Assembly: GCA_963666215.2 (NCBI GenBank)
Contig: CAXWPL010000001.1
Coordinates: forward strand, 128,001 to 192,000
Direction: 5' to 3'
Origin: Acidobacteriota bacterium
GTDB taxonomy: Bacteria > Acidobacteriota > UBA890 > WLXD01
DNA: 64,000 nucleotides
Shown: piece by piece, positions 19,882 to 29,531 of the stretch
Position numbering within the stretch: position 1 is the stretch's first letter
How the letters are laid out: each line of letters opens with the position of its first letter
Translations under genes and position numbers: made by a program
Notes under the pieces: generated by a model
The model's database searches: none
What the model was told of the DNA's origin: nothing
Seen by the model: the letters and a program-made list of their open reading frames with translations, nothing else

Positions 19882-22776
19882 GTGGCACCTGACCGAACGA
19901 ACCTCCGCCCGACCGAGACTCCGACACCCCTGCACGCCCACCCGAGCTACGGCGCGGCCAACGGAACCAAGGGCGGCCCAGCAGGCGGCGAGACCAACGC
20001 CGACTGGCGCGAGCAGCTCCGCGACCGCGTCAAGGAGATCCGCGCGCGCCGCCTCGCCGACGCGAACGATAGTGGCGACCTCGATGAGGCCGCCAGATGG
20101 CGTCGACGCGCAGACGCTTTGGCGAGCGAGCTCAAGGGCAGTCCAATGGCGGAGCTTGAAGCGCCGATTGCCGCGTCCGGCACTCTGCCAACAGATCCCG
20201 TGGTCGTAGTAGCGAATCCGAGCGACCCTCCTCGAGCCGATCAGGTGCCCATGGCCGCTCCTCCGGAGCTGGAGGCGCCGACGCCCGAGTCCGAAATCAT
20301 CGATCTGGTCGACGCACTGATCGACGGCGGTATGGAGGACGGGTTCAGCGACCGGTCGCCAGATTCAGTCGATGCACTCGGCCCGGTGCCGAACGCGATG
20401 GCCCACATCCACCAGCCCGACGCGGAACCTATCCGAGCCGAGGCTGATGGAGTCGAGCCCGTCAGCGACGCCCACGGCCTGCAGTCTACGCCGCAGCCCC
20501 CGGCTGAGGTAGACGTGGACGGCTCGGAGCGCCCGAACACTCACGAGAACCTGGGCGACCTCGACCTGGGAGACCTCCGCGAAGCAGGGAGCATCATCGG
20601 CATCGGTAGCGACGCGGCGGCGACCACCCGAGGCTCGAGTACTCTCCTACGTCCGCTCGATCTGATGGCAGACGAGCGGACGCCGCGGATCGGAACGTCG
20701 CCTATCGAGATGGCTTCCCCAGACGTCCACCGGTCGGAGTTGGCCGCGTCGCTCGACGACACGCCTCTGCTGGACATTTCGACACCTCTCGCAGACCCGG
20801 TACCCTTCAGGGAGGAGGCGCCTCCCGAGATCGAGGACCTGCGCTCGCTCGACGACGTGCTCGAGCCTCTACCTACCTTGTTCGACACCAGCACCGACCG
20901 CGTGACTCGGCGCAACGAAGACACGGGTAGCGACACCGAGACAGCGACGCACGCGACCGACCCGTTGGTGTACGACGTCGATGGCAGTCTCGACACCGAT
21001 CTGGAGACCAGCCCCGACCTCAACGAGGCGGCGATCGTCGACGAAGCTGCCGTGCTTGAGGCCGAGCCCCCCGACCCCGAGGGAACCGCCTCCACGGCAG
21101 CTGACCAGGCGGCTCCGGCGAACGACCCGATGACGCACAAGGGCGACGCGAGCTGGGGCGACGCTGATACGGGCTTCGGCGGCAATATCGCCGACCTCCC
21201 CGCCTGGGCACGCCCGCACGCGACGCCCCGCACGCGGCTCGACACAGGCCTCAGCTCACTCCCCTATCAGGAACGTCCCGTTACGCGGCCTCCGGAGTCG
21301 AGCACGGACGACGGCTCGCGCGGCCCGTTGCTCCCGACCGCTCGAACGGCTGCAGCGGTCAGCGCGGAGAAGACGAGCGAGCGCGGTCCGCTCGACGGGT
21401 TGGAACAGGGAGAACCGGTTGACCTCGCCCAGCCGAGCTCGACTCAAACAGTGCCGCTTCCAACAACGACAGCGAGCAATCCAGCGATCGAAGAGACCCC
21501 GTTGCCAGCCAGCCACCGCCCGGCTGCGCTCGAGGCCACCGCTTCGCCGGAAGCCGACAACGTGGCCTTCGACGCTTTCGACGCCGTCATGGCACCAGCC
21601 GTGGCGGGAACCCTCCTCGACCCGGCGAGCGATCTCGGGGACCACAGCTTCCGAGCAATCGAAGAGCTGGCGCGCGAGACTGTGGCCGCACAGCCGGCTG
21701 AGCTCGTGGAGATGGCCGAGCTCGACACGTCGGCGGCACAACAGCCGGAAACGACCTCCGCCGGCCTGGAAACATCGCTGCAGCCAACCCCGGAGGAAAC
21801 CGCGCCAAGCACTGGCAGCGCCCCCGCCGAATCACCGGGTTCGGCGATAGACGATCGCCTTGGTGAGCTGGCGGAGTACTCACCAGATGCGGAGGACACT
21901 CACCTGATTGGCGAATTCGTTGGGCGGACCCGCATGCCGCGCGCAACGAAGCCTGCGCCCTCCACCGACGACGGTCATTCCAGATCTTTGTCGGCAGCCC
22001 AGCAACTGCTCGAAGAAGCCGGCCGATCCTTCGGCGTGGGTGACGAAATCGAGCCGTCGATGTACCTGTCGGACGCGGCGCCAGCCGAGCCCACCGCGCA
22101 ACCCCTTTCTGCGCCCAGGACGCCGACCGAGTCCTCCACGCCTCCTCCGGCTACGGAGGAGCTTGTCTCGCGCCAGTCCGTCGATCTCCCGAGTGTTCCG
22201 GAAGATCGCGGTGAACGTGAAAGGCCGTCGGTAACGCCGTCGCCGCCCGACGCGATCATGGGCCTCGACGACCCGGAGGGCTACGAATCGGCCCCCTGGG
22301 GACTCGGCGACCCGACAGACTCCGACGCCGAGCGCGTCGGCGACCCGCACGGCGACCTCCTGGATCCGTCGGCGCCTGTCAGCGATCGAGTGTTCTCGGT
22401 GCTCTGCGACTCGCTGGTACTTGCCGCGATAGGCCTCCTCCTCATGTTCGCGGCCGCGAACGCCGCAGGAACCGGTGCTGGCCAGGTGGTGGCCAACGCG
22501 CCGGTGCCGTTCGCCGTCGCCTGGGTACTGTTCGGCTTGGTCTACGGAGTGATGTTCGTGGGGACCACGGGACAGACTCTGGGCAAGATGGCCATGAACG
22601 TTCGGGTGATCGGCAGCGACCGGTTCCGGGTCGGCTACGGCCAGGCGGCGATTCGCGCTCTGGGGTACACGGCCGCCGCATTGCCGTTGGGCCTCGGACT
22701 ACTGCCGGCGCTACGGGACCCGCAGCATCGCGGTCTCCACGACCGCCTGAGCGGCACGCGCGTCGTCAAGGCCTAG
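19882..22776 (+). CDS. RDD-family membrane protein with very long acidic disordered N-terminus
   Basis: AGGAGG RBS before GTG. C-terminal RVFSVLCD, GQTLGKMAMNVRV, RGLHDRLSGTRVV. Confidence 0.85.
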   Translation: MAPDRTNLRPTETPTPLHAHPSYGAANGTKGGPAGGETNADWREQLRDRVKEIRARRLADANDSGDLDEAARWRRRADALASELKGSPMAELEAPIAASGTLPTDPVVVVANPSDPPRADQVPMAAPPELEAPTPESEIIDLVDALIDGGMEDGFSDRSPDSVDALGPVPNAMAHIHQPDAEPIRAEADGVEPVSDAHGLQSTPQPPAEVDVDGSERPNTHENLGDLDLGDLREAGSIIGIGSDAAATTRGSSTLLRPLDLMADERTPRIGTSPIEMASPDVHRSELAASLDDTPLLDISTPLADPVPFREEAPPEIEDLRSLDDVLEPLPTLFDTSTDRVTRRNEDTGSDTETATHATDPLVYDVDGSLDTDLETSPDLNEAAIVDEAAVLEAEPPDPEGTASTAADQAAPANDPMTHKGDASWGDADTGFGGNIADLPAWARPHATPRTRLDTGLSSLPYQERPVTRPPESSTDDGSRGPLLPTARTAAAVSAEKTSERGPLDGLEQGEPVDLAQPSSTQTVPLPTTTASNPAIEETPLPASHRPAALEATASPEADNVAFDAFDAVMAPAVAGTLLDPASDLGDHSFRAIEELARETVAAQPAELVEMAELDTSAAQQPETTSAGLETSLQPTPEETAPSTGSAPAESPGSAIDDRLGELAEYSPDAEDTHLIGEFVGRTRMPRATKPAPSTDDGHSRSLSAAQQLLEEAGRSFGVGDEIEPSMYLSDAAPAEPTAQPLSAPRTPTESSTPPPATEELVSRQSVDLPSVPEDRGERERPSVTPSPPDAIMGLDDPEGYESAPWGLGDPTDSDAERVGDPHGDLLDPSAPVSDRVFSVLCDSLVLAAIGLLLMFAAANAAGTGAGQVVANAPVPFAVAWVLFGLVYGVMFVGTTGQTLGKMAMNVRVIGSDRFRVGYGQAAIRALGYTAAALPLGLGLLPALRDPQHRGLHDRLSGTRVVKA

Positions 22777-22953
22777 CGGCCTAGCGCTACCTCCGGCGCC
22801 CCGTGGGGCGTGGCCAGACCCAGTAGCGGCTGCAGAATGGCACGACGCATCTTTCGTGCCGCTTGCCAGCGGGGAGCGCGAGTTGCCAGCCACGCGCCGT
22901 GCCAAGCGGGTGAGCCCGAACGAGCCTCGAACTCTTCGGGGCCGGTTCGCGCT

Positions 22954-24603
22954 CTAGTGGCGAAAGTGTCGCGCGCCGGTGTGGACCAGGGCGAGGCCCA
23001 ATCGGTCGGCAGCCGCGATAACCTCCGGGTCGCGCTTCGACCCACCTGGCTGCACGACTGCGCTCACCCCTGCCTCGGCGAGCGACTCGACGCCGTCGGC
23101 GAAGGGGAAGAAAGCATCGGAAGCCGCAGCGGCGCCGCCGAGCTCATGTCCGGCCTCTCGCGCCTTCCAGACGGCGAACCGACACGAGTCGACGCGGCTC
23201 ATCTGGCCGGCGCCCACGCCCAAGAGCTGCCCGTCGCGGCCAACGACGATGGCGTTGGAACGCACCGCGGGCACGACCGACCACAGGAAACGAAGGTCGG
23301 CGTCTTCTTGCGGCGTCGGCCTGCGGACGCTGACACACTCCCAGCGCTCTCGACCTTCACCTCCGGCCCCGCAGGCGACTCCGGCTCCGGGATCGCGCTC
23401 TTGTACGAGCAGGCCTCCCACAACGCCACGCAGCTCGAGATCGTCGGCGCTGGTCATCGACAATGGCGCGGCTGGCTCGGGAACACGTAACAGCCGCAAC
23501 GCGGCTTTGGCGCGAAGCACCTCGAGAGCCTCGGAACTGAAGTCCGGGGCAACAACGACCTCGATGAAGGTACTGGCGATTTCGTGTGCGGTTTCTTCAT
23601 TGACGACTTCGTTGAGGGCAACGATGCCTCCGAACGCGGAGGTCGGATCGGTGGCACGCGCTTTGACGTAGGCGGCAGCCAGGGTGGGCGCCGTGCCGGC
23701 ACCGCACGGGTTCATGTGCTTGATGACGGCGGCGCCTGGCTGCGGCAACCATCTGGCCAACATCCACGCCGCGTCCGCGTCGAGGATGTTGTTGTACGAC
23801 AGCTCCTTGCCGTTGAGTTGTTCCGCGGCGGCGATGCCCGCGGCGGTGTCGGCGGGCACATAGAACGCCGCGCGCTGATGGGGATTCTCGCCGTAGCGCA
23901 GGACCTGCCGCCGCTCGAAGCTGAACTGCAGCCGCTCAGGCAGCGCATCGCGTTCGGGCGTGGCCGTGGTCGCCACGGCGGCGGTGGCAGAGGCGACGGC
24001 GCCTGAGGACGCACCGAGATACTGCGAAATCGCGGCGTCGTAGGCGGCCGTGTGGGCGATCGCCTTGGCAGCCAATCGCCGCCGTTCGCCATGCGACGAC
24101 TCGTTAGCATCACCTCCATCGCCGTCGATCATGGCCAGGGCCGCCGGGTAGTCGGCCGGATCGACAAGAACGATCACGCCGGGGAAGTTCTTGGCCGCTG
24201 CGCGCAGAAGCGCGACCCCACCGATGTCGATCTGCTCGAGAGCGTCGGCGAAGCTGTGCTCCGGGTCGGCGATGGTGGCTGCGAACGGGTACAGGTTCAC
24301 GACCACGACGTCGATCGGCGCCACCGACGCAGTCTCGAGCTCCTGCATCTGCTCGCCGACCTCCCGGCGCGCCAGAATCCCGCCGAAGATCTTCGGATGA
24401 AGCGTCTTCACGCGGCCGCCCAACATTTCCGCCTGGCCCGTGACTTCACCGACTTCGGTCACCGACACACCCGCATCTCGCAGTTGACGCGCCGTGCCAC
24501 CGGTTGACAGAAGGGTCAAGCCGCGATCATGCAACGCGGCCGCGAATTCATCTACGCCCGACTTGTCGTAGACAGACAGCAATGCGGTACGTGCTTTCAT
24601 CAT
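22954..24603 (-). CDS. purH: AICAR transformylase/IMP cyclohydrolase
   Basis: ALLSVYDK, GRVKTLHP, RYGENPHQ, KHMNPCG, GAGQMSR, ASDAFFPF, RHFRH. Confidence 0.97.
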   Translation of the reverse strand: MMKARTALLSVYDKSGVDEFAAALHDRGLTLLSTGGTARQLRDAGVSVTEVGEVTGQAEMLGGRVKTLHPKIFGGILARREVGEQMQELETASVAPIDVVVVNLYPFAATIADPEHSFADALEQIDIGGVALLRAAAKNFPGVIVLVDPADYPAALAMIDGDGGDANESSHGERRRLAAKAIAHTAAYDAAISQYLGASSGAVASATAAVATTATPERDALPERLQFSFERRQVLRYGENPHQRAAFYVPADTAAGIAAAEQLNGKELSYNNILDADAAWMLARWLPQPGAAVIKHMNPCGAGTAPTLAAAYVKARATDPTSAFGGIVALNEVVNEETAHEIASTFIEVVVAPDFSSEALEVLRAKAALRLLRVPEPAAPLSMTSADDLELRGVVGGLLVQERDPGAGVACGAGGEGRERWECVSVRRPTPQEDADLRFLWSVVPAVRSNAIVVGRDGQLLGVGAGQMSRVDSCRFAVWKAREAGHELGGAAAASDAFFPFADGVESLAEAGVSAVVQPGGSKRDPEVIAAADRLGLALVHTGARHFRH

Positions 24604-24795
24604 CTCGTTCCCGTTGGGTCCAGCCCGAAAGCGCGCACTCTATCGTGAAATTCCCAGGTGCTTTTGCCTCGAGGTCGTCCACCCGAAATCGAGCAGGCAA
24701 CAGGTTCGCCAACGCCGGCCCGAAACCACCGGAACGCGTCAGCCATGCCTGGCGAAGCGCGCGGAAAACAACGCTACTCGCAGCCTCTGCCCACG

Positions 24796-25077
24796 CTAGT
24801 TCCACTCAATCGCCCGCACTACGTCCGCGCCCAGTTCAGCCTGCAGGCTCTCCAGCAGCTTGTCTTGTAGCTCCTCGAGCACGGGTCTCCAGGCCTCGTC
24901 GACCAGCGCCATACGGAGCCTGCCGCGCTCGAGTGCGATCGGCCGCGCGCTGTCGGCAACCCCCTCGCCCGCCGCCGAGCGCCATGCACCGTCGAGCAAC
25001 CGGGCGCGAGCATGGGGGTCTTCGACCCAGGTGGCGATGGCGCCGACCAGCCCCGCTCCGACCCTGTGAAAGCTCAT
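24796..25077 (-). CDS. DUF721/DciA-family protein
   Basis: W..AAGE.VA..ARP..LE.G.L......W...L pattern, about 93 aa; start overlaps the queA stop. Confidence 0.7.
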   Translation of the reverse strand: MSFHRVGAGLVGAIATWVEDPHARARLLDGAWRSAAGEGVADSARPIALERGRLRMALVDEAWRPVLEELQDKLLESLQAELGADVVRAIEWN

Positions 25078-26294
25078 GGGAGAATCAACATCGCGTCACC
25101 GTAGGAGTAGAAACGATAACCAGACTGAATGGCCAGCTGGTACGCCTGTCGCAGCTGCTCAACACCCATCAGGGCGCCGACCATGAGCAACGGGGTGGAG
25201 CGCGGCAGGTGGAAGTTGGTGATCATGGCATCGACGACGCGGAAGCGGAAGCCGGGACGGATGAACAGATGGGCCGACGCCGGCCCGGCGAGCGGGCCCG
25301 TGCCGTCGCCGCTGACCACGGCGCTGTGCTCGAGAGCTCGAACCACGGTCGTGCCGACCGCTACGATGCGCCCCCCCGACTGCCGTGTCTCGTGAATCGC
25401 GGCCACCGTCGACTCGGGAATTTCGTACTCTTCCGGATCCATGCGGTGATCGTCGACGAACTCCTCCGTGACGGGTCGAAACGTTCCGGGCCCCACGTGA
25501 AGCGTCAGGCTCACGACCGCGATATCGCGCACTGCGAGGCTTTCGAGCACGCGCTCGCTGACGTGAAGCCCGGCGGTCGGCGCAGCGACCGCTCCTTCCG
25601 TTCGAGCGTAGACCGTCTGATAGCGCTCACGATCGAGCTCGCGGCGCGCTGCGGTCGCCTCGGGCGAAATGTAGGGAGGCAGCGGCATGTCGGCCACCTG
25701 GTCGAGGAACGCCCTCACATCGAGTCCGCCGCGGAAGCGCAACTGACGCACGCCGCCCGCCTCCTCGGAAATCACCTCGACCGTCTCGCGGTTCGCCGCC
25801 GGGCTACCGGTCTCCATTCGCGCCGCGCCGGGAGTGAGGCCAGACTCGAGGTCGATGTGCTCGCCCGTGCGAACCCGGCGGGCTGGACGTACGAGCGCGC
25901 GCCAAATCGCCGCCTGTCCATCGACGGGCCCGAGCAGGAGCAACTCGAGCTCGCCACCGGTCGCTCGCCACGCCCGCAGGCGTGCCGGCACCACGCGCGC
26001 GTCGTTGACAACAACGAGGTCGCCGGGCTGCAACAGGGCCGGCAAGTCGCGAAAAAGATACTTGCGGGCGTCCATATCGACGCTGGCGGATGGCCTCACC
26101 CCGGAGTCGCTCGACCCACCGGCGTTGCCGGCGGAACTCCGTCCGGCGGCGCAGTCGGAGGCGAAGCCCGCCGCGCCTCCGGATCCTCCGGATCCACGAT
26201 GCGCAACTAGCAGGCGGCTCTGGTCGCGCTCGGCGAGCGGCGCCTGCGCGATAGCCTCACGCGGTAGCTCGTAGTCGAAATCGCTGAGGCGCAC
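25074..26294 (-). CDS. queA: S-adenosylmethionine:tRNA ribosyltransferase-isomerase
   Basis: FDYELP..IAQ, PLPPYI, YQTVYA..GAVAAPTAGLH, AVGTT, TNFHLPRST, YRFYSYGDAM. Confidence 0.97.
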   Translation of the reverse strand: MRLSDFDYELPREAIAQAPLAERDQSRLLVAHRGSGGSGGAAGFASDCAAGRSSAGNAGGSSDSGVRPSASVDMDARKYLFRDLPALLQPGDLVVVNDARVVPARLRAWRATGGELELLLLGPVDGQAAIWRALVRPARRVRTGEHIDLESGLTPGAARMETGSPAANRETVEVISEEAGGVRQLRFRGGLDVRAFLDQVADMPLPPYISPEATAARRELDRERYQTVYARTEGAVAAPTAGLHVSERVLESLAVRDIAVVSLTLHVGPGTFRPVTEEFVDDHRMDPEEYEIPESTVAAIHETRQSGGRIVAVGTTVVRALEHSAVVSGDGTGPLAGPASAHLFIRPGFRFRVVDAMITNFHLPRSTPLLMVGALMGVEQLRQAYQLAIQSGYRFYSYGDAMLILP

Positions 26295-26299
26295 GGAGC

Positions 26300-27340
26300 C
26301 TACCAGAACTGCGTTTGCCCGTTCCCGGACTTCCCTCGAGCTCGTGGCAGCGGCAGCCCGAAATGATCGTAGGCGCGGGCGGTCGCGACTCGCCCCCTGG
26401 CAGTCCGCGCCAAGAACCCTAGCTGGATCAGGAATGGCTCGAAGATGTCCTCGATCGCTGCTTTGTCCTCTCCGACCGCCGCCGCGATGGTGTTGAGCCC
26501 TACCGGGCCGCCGCCGAAATCGTTGATGATCGCCAGCAGAACTCGCCGATCGATCTCGTCGAAACCCAACTTGTCGACCTCCAGCCGAGCCAGTGCGTTC
26601 TGTGCGAGCACGCGATCGATGCGGCCCTCCGACTCCACCTCGACATAGTCGCGTACTCGTCTCAAGAGCCTGTTCGCCACTCGTGGCGTGCCTCGCGACC
26701 GCCCGGCGATCTCGGCTGCACCTTCTTCGGTTATCGGCACGTCGAGCAGCTCCGCGGAGTTCTTGACGATCTGCGCCAGCTCCTCGGCGGAATAGAAGTC
26801 GAGCCTCGAGACTATTCCAAAGCGTCCGCGCAACGGCGAGGTGAGAAGCGACGGGCGAGTTGTCGAGCCGACGAGCGTGAATGGCGACAGGGGCAACTTG
26901 ACCGAGCGTGCGCTCGGCCCCTCGCCGATCACGATGTCGAGCTGAAAATCCTCCATTGCGGGATAAAGAACCTCCTCGATCGCCGCCGACATCCGATGAA
27001 TCTCATCGATGAACAGCAGCGACCGCTCCTCCACATTGGTCACGATCGCCGCGAGGTCGCCCACCTTCTCGATAACCGGGCCCGACGTGCCCTTGAGCTC
27101 CACACCCATCTCGTGCGCGATGATGTTGGCGAGCGTCGTCTTGCCGAGTCCCGGCGGGCCGAACAGCAGCACGTGATCGAGCGGCTCGCGCCGCTTCTTG
27201 GCCGCCGCAATGAACACCTTGAGGTTGTCGACCACCTTGCGCTGGCCAACATAACGGTCGAACGTGCGCGGACGCAGCGTGACGTCGAAGCGATCGTCGT
27301 CGGCAGCGGTGTTGCCCGGACCCACCAGTCTTTCGTTCAT
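26300..27340 (-). CDS. ruvB: Holliday junction branch migration helicase
   Basis: [42 protein letters not shown]. Confidence 0.98.
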   Translation of the reverse strand: MNERLVGPGNTAADDDRFDVTLRPRTFDRYVGQRKVVDNLKVFIAAAKKRREPLDHVLLFGPPGLGKTTLANIIAHEMGVELKGTSGPVIEKVGDLAAIVTNVEERSLLFIDEIHRMSAAIEEVLYPAMEDFQLDIVIGEGPSARSVKLPLSPFTLVGSTTRPSLLTSPLRGRFGIVSRLDFYSAEELAQIVKNSAELLDVPITEEGAAEIAGRSRGTPRVANRLLRRVRDYVEVESEGRIDRVLAQNALARLEVDKLGFDEIDRRVLLAIINDFGGGPVGLNTIAAAVGEDKAAIEDIFEPFLIQLGFLARTARGRVATARAYDHFGLPLPRARGKSGNGQTQFW

Positions 27341-27386
27341 CGCGCCCGGTTCGAGTTGTTTGTTGGAGTTGGCATAGCCGATGCAA

Positions 27387-27974
27387 CTATCTTGAAAGGG
27401 CCTTCAGAGTCTGCCGCAGCAGCGCCTCGAAACTCTCCGCCGCGTCCTCATCGACCGAGGCCAGCGCCGATTCTGCGTCGCGCTGTTTGTAGCCCAGATT
27501 CAGAAGCGCCGACAGTACGTCGTCGCGCGCCGGCGACCCCGCCGACACAGCGTTTCCCGCGGCAATCCCCATCTCCGCGACCTTCTCGCGCAGCTCGAGT
27601 ATCATGCGCTCCGCGGTCTTACGACCGACCCCCGGGATGCCGGTAAGCTTCACGACGTCGCTGCCCGCAATGGCGCCCATCAGAACGTTCGGCTCCATAC
27701 CCGAAAGAATTGTGATCGCCAATTTAGGGCCAATGCCGGAGACGCTGATGAGCGCCTCGAAAAGGCCCTGCTCGGCCGCGCTGCGGAAGCCGTAGAGCTC
27801 GAGTGCGACGTCGCGCACGTGGGTGTGTACCCGTAGCGATACCTCCTCGCCCGGTTGCCCCAGCTCGTAGAAAGTGGAGAGCGGAATCTGGACGAGGTAG
27901 CCCACACCACCGACCTCGACGACAATTCCCGAGGGTTCCTTACGGCTCAGACGCCCACGTAGCGAGCCAATCAT
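27387..27974 (-). CDS. ruvA: Holliday junction DNA-binding protein
   Basis: [41 protein letters not shown]. Confidence 0.97.
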   Translation of the reverse strand: MIGSLRGRLSRKEPSGIVVEVGGVGYLVQIPLSTFYELGQPGEEVSLRVHTHVRDVALELYGFRSAAEQGLFEALISVSGIGPKLAITILSGMEPNVLMGAIAGSDVVKLTGIPGVGRKTAERMILELREKVAEMGIAAGNAVSAGSPARDDVLSALLNLGYKQRDAESALASVDEDAAESFEALLRQTLKALSR

Positions 27975-27993
27975 CGCCTGCGTGCCGGGACGT

Positions 27994-28506
27994 TCACGAG
28001 CGCACGGCCCGCAGCCGCTCCACCCGTCGCCGCAAGGGCTCGGAATGCGCGTGTGCCAGAGCGATGGCGAGTGCGTCCGCCGCATCCTGAGCCGGCGCTT
28101 TGGGCAGCGCGAGAAGCATCTTCACCATCGCTACGACCTGACCCTTGTCTGCCTGTCCGTAGCCCACGACGGCCTTCTTGACGGCCCGCGCACCATACTC
28201 GAAAACTTCGCAGCGTTCGGCCAATGCCACCATGAGGGCGCCGCGTGCCTGCCCGAGTACCAGAGCCGATCGCGCGTTCTTGGCCGTGAAAATCTCCTCG
28301 ATCGCTGCATCCTGCGGCTGATAGAAATCCACGATCTCGGTGAGCCGTCGGTGCAGTTCGACGAGCCGCCGAGCGAGAGCATGACCCTTGGTCGGTCGGA
28401 TAACACCGTAGTCGAGCGCGGAAATACGATTGCCCTCGAGCTCGATCACGGCGAAACCGGTGGCCACGGAGCCGGGATCAACACCCAGAATCCGGGTTTT
28501 CGGCAC
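27994..28506 (-). CDS. ruvC: Crossover junction endodeoxyribonuclease
   Basis: ILGVDPG, AIEE, LGQARG, VKKAVVGYGQADK, DAADALA. Confidence 0.97.
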   Translation of the reverse strand: MPKTRILGVDPGSVATGFAVIELEGNRISALDYGVIRPTKGHALARRLVELHRRLTEIVDFYQPQDAAIEEIFTAKNARSALVLGQARGALMVALAERCEVFEYGARAVKKAVVGYGQADKGQVVAMVKMLLALPKAPAQDAADALAIALAHAHSEPLRRRVERLRAVRS

Positions 28507-28521
28507 GCAGCTAACCGCTCT

Positions 28522-29277
28522 CTAGCCGGCCTCAGCCAGCTGCTCGATGACCTCCGGGTCGATATCGGCGTTCGCCCACACGTTCTGCACGTCGTCGTTG
28601 TCGTCAAGCTTTTCCATGAGCCTGAGACATCGCTCGGCGTCACGACCGCGGAGGTCCATCGGCGTCTGCGGCACCATCACCAGCTCCGCACTCAGAGACT
28701 CGACTCCCCCCGCCTTCAGCGCTGTCTGCACCGCGTGAAACGTGTCCGGGGCGGTCAGCACCTCATAGCCGCCATCCTGGGTGCTGACATCGACGGCTCC
28801 AGCCCCGAGAGCGATCATCAGCAGTCCCTCCTCGTCGACGCTATCGGCATCGATCAAGAACGCGCCCACCTGCTTGAACATCCAGCCGACACTGTTCTGC
28901 TCGCCCAAATTGCCGCCGGCCTTCTCGAAGATCTTGCGGACCTCGGCAACGGTCCGGTTGCGATTGTCGGTTGTAGCATCGACCAGAATCGCGACACCGC
29001 CGGGCCCGAAGCCCTCGTACGTGATCTCTTCGTACGCTAGGCCCGCAATCTCGCCGGTGCCGCGCTTGATGGCGCGCTCGATGTTGGCGCCCGGCATATT
29101 CTCGCGCTTGGCCGAATCGATGGCCGTGGCCAGTCGAGCGTTGCTGTCGGCGTAGCCACCACCCATCCGCGCGGCAACCGTGATCTCTTTCACCAGCCGC
29201 GAGAAGATCTTGCCGCGCGAGGCATCGTTCGCCCCCTTCTTGCGCTTGATCTTCGACCACTTCGAGTGTCCTGACAT
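28522..29277 (-). CDS. yebC: YebC/PmpR family protein
   Basis: MSGHSKW, NIERAI, YEGFGPGG, TDNRNRT, DDVQNVW. Confidence 0.96.
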   Translation of the reverse strand: MSGHSKWSKIKRKKGANDASRGKIFSRLVKEITVAARMGGGYADSNARLATAIDSAKRENMPGANIERAIKRGTGEIAGLAYEEITYEGFGPGGVAILVDATTDNRNRTVAEVRKIFEKAGGNLGEQNSVGWMFKQVGAFLIDADSVDEEGLLMIALGAGAVDVSTQDGGYEVLTAPDTFHAVQTALKAGGVESLSAELVMVPQTPMDLRGRDAERCLRLMEKLDDNDDVQNVWANADIDPEVIEQLAEAG

Positions 29278-29531
29278 GCGCTACTCGCCGTCTCTGCCCC
29301 GTTTTCGAAGCTGAATTCGCATGATGCTACCACGCGTCGCCATCGCACCCCGCGTCACGTGGGCCGCGCTCGTGTTCGCGCTCGAGAGGCTCGGTGAGCT
29401 CCCGCTGACAGCCCCGTCTTCGCTCGTGTGAGTAGACTTGCGGAGTCCAGACTCGAAGACGTTCTCGGATAGTCGGCGTTGCCGACGCGCTGCTCGAGAT
29501 CGGCCTCCGTCTCCATCCGACCTAGCGACCC

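Noticed and set aside
24604-24795. ZMP/ZTP riboswitch upstream of purH
   Set aside because: Only fragments (TGGCGAA, CCTGGG) resemble the consensus. The GACTGGCG / GCCGxxCGCCTGGGC core is not present.
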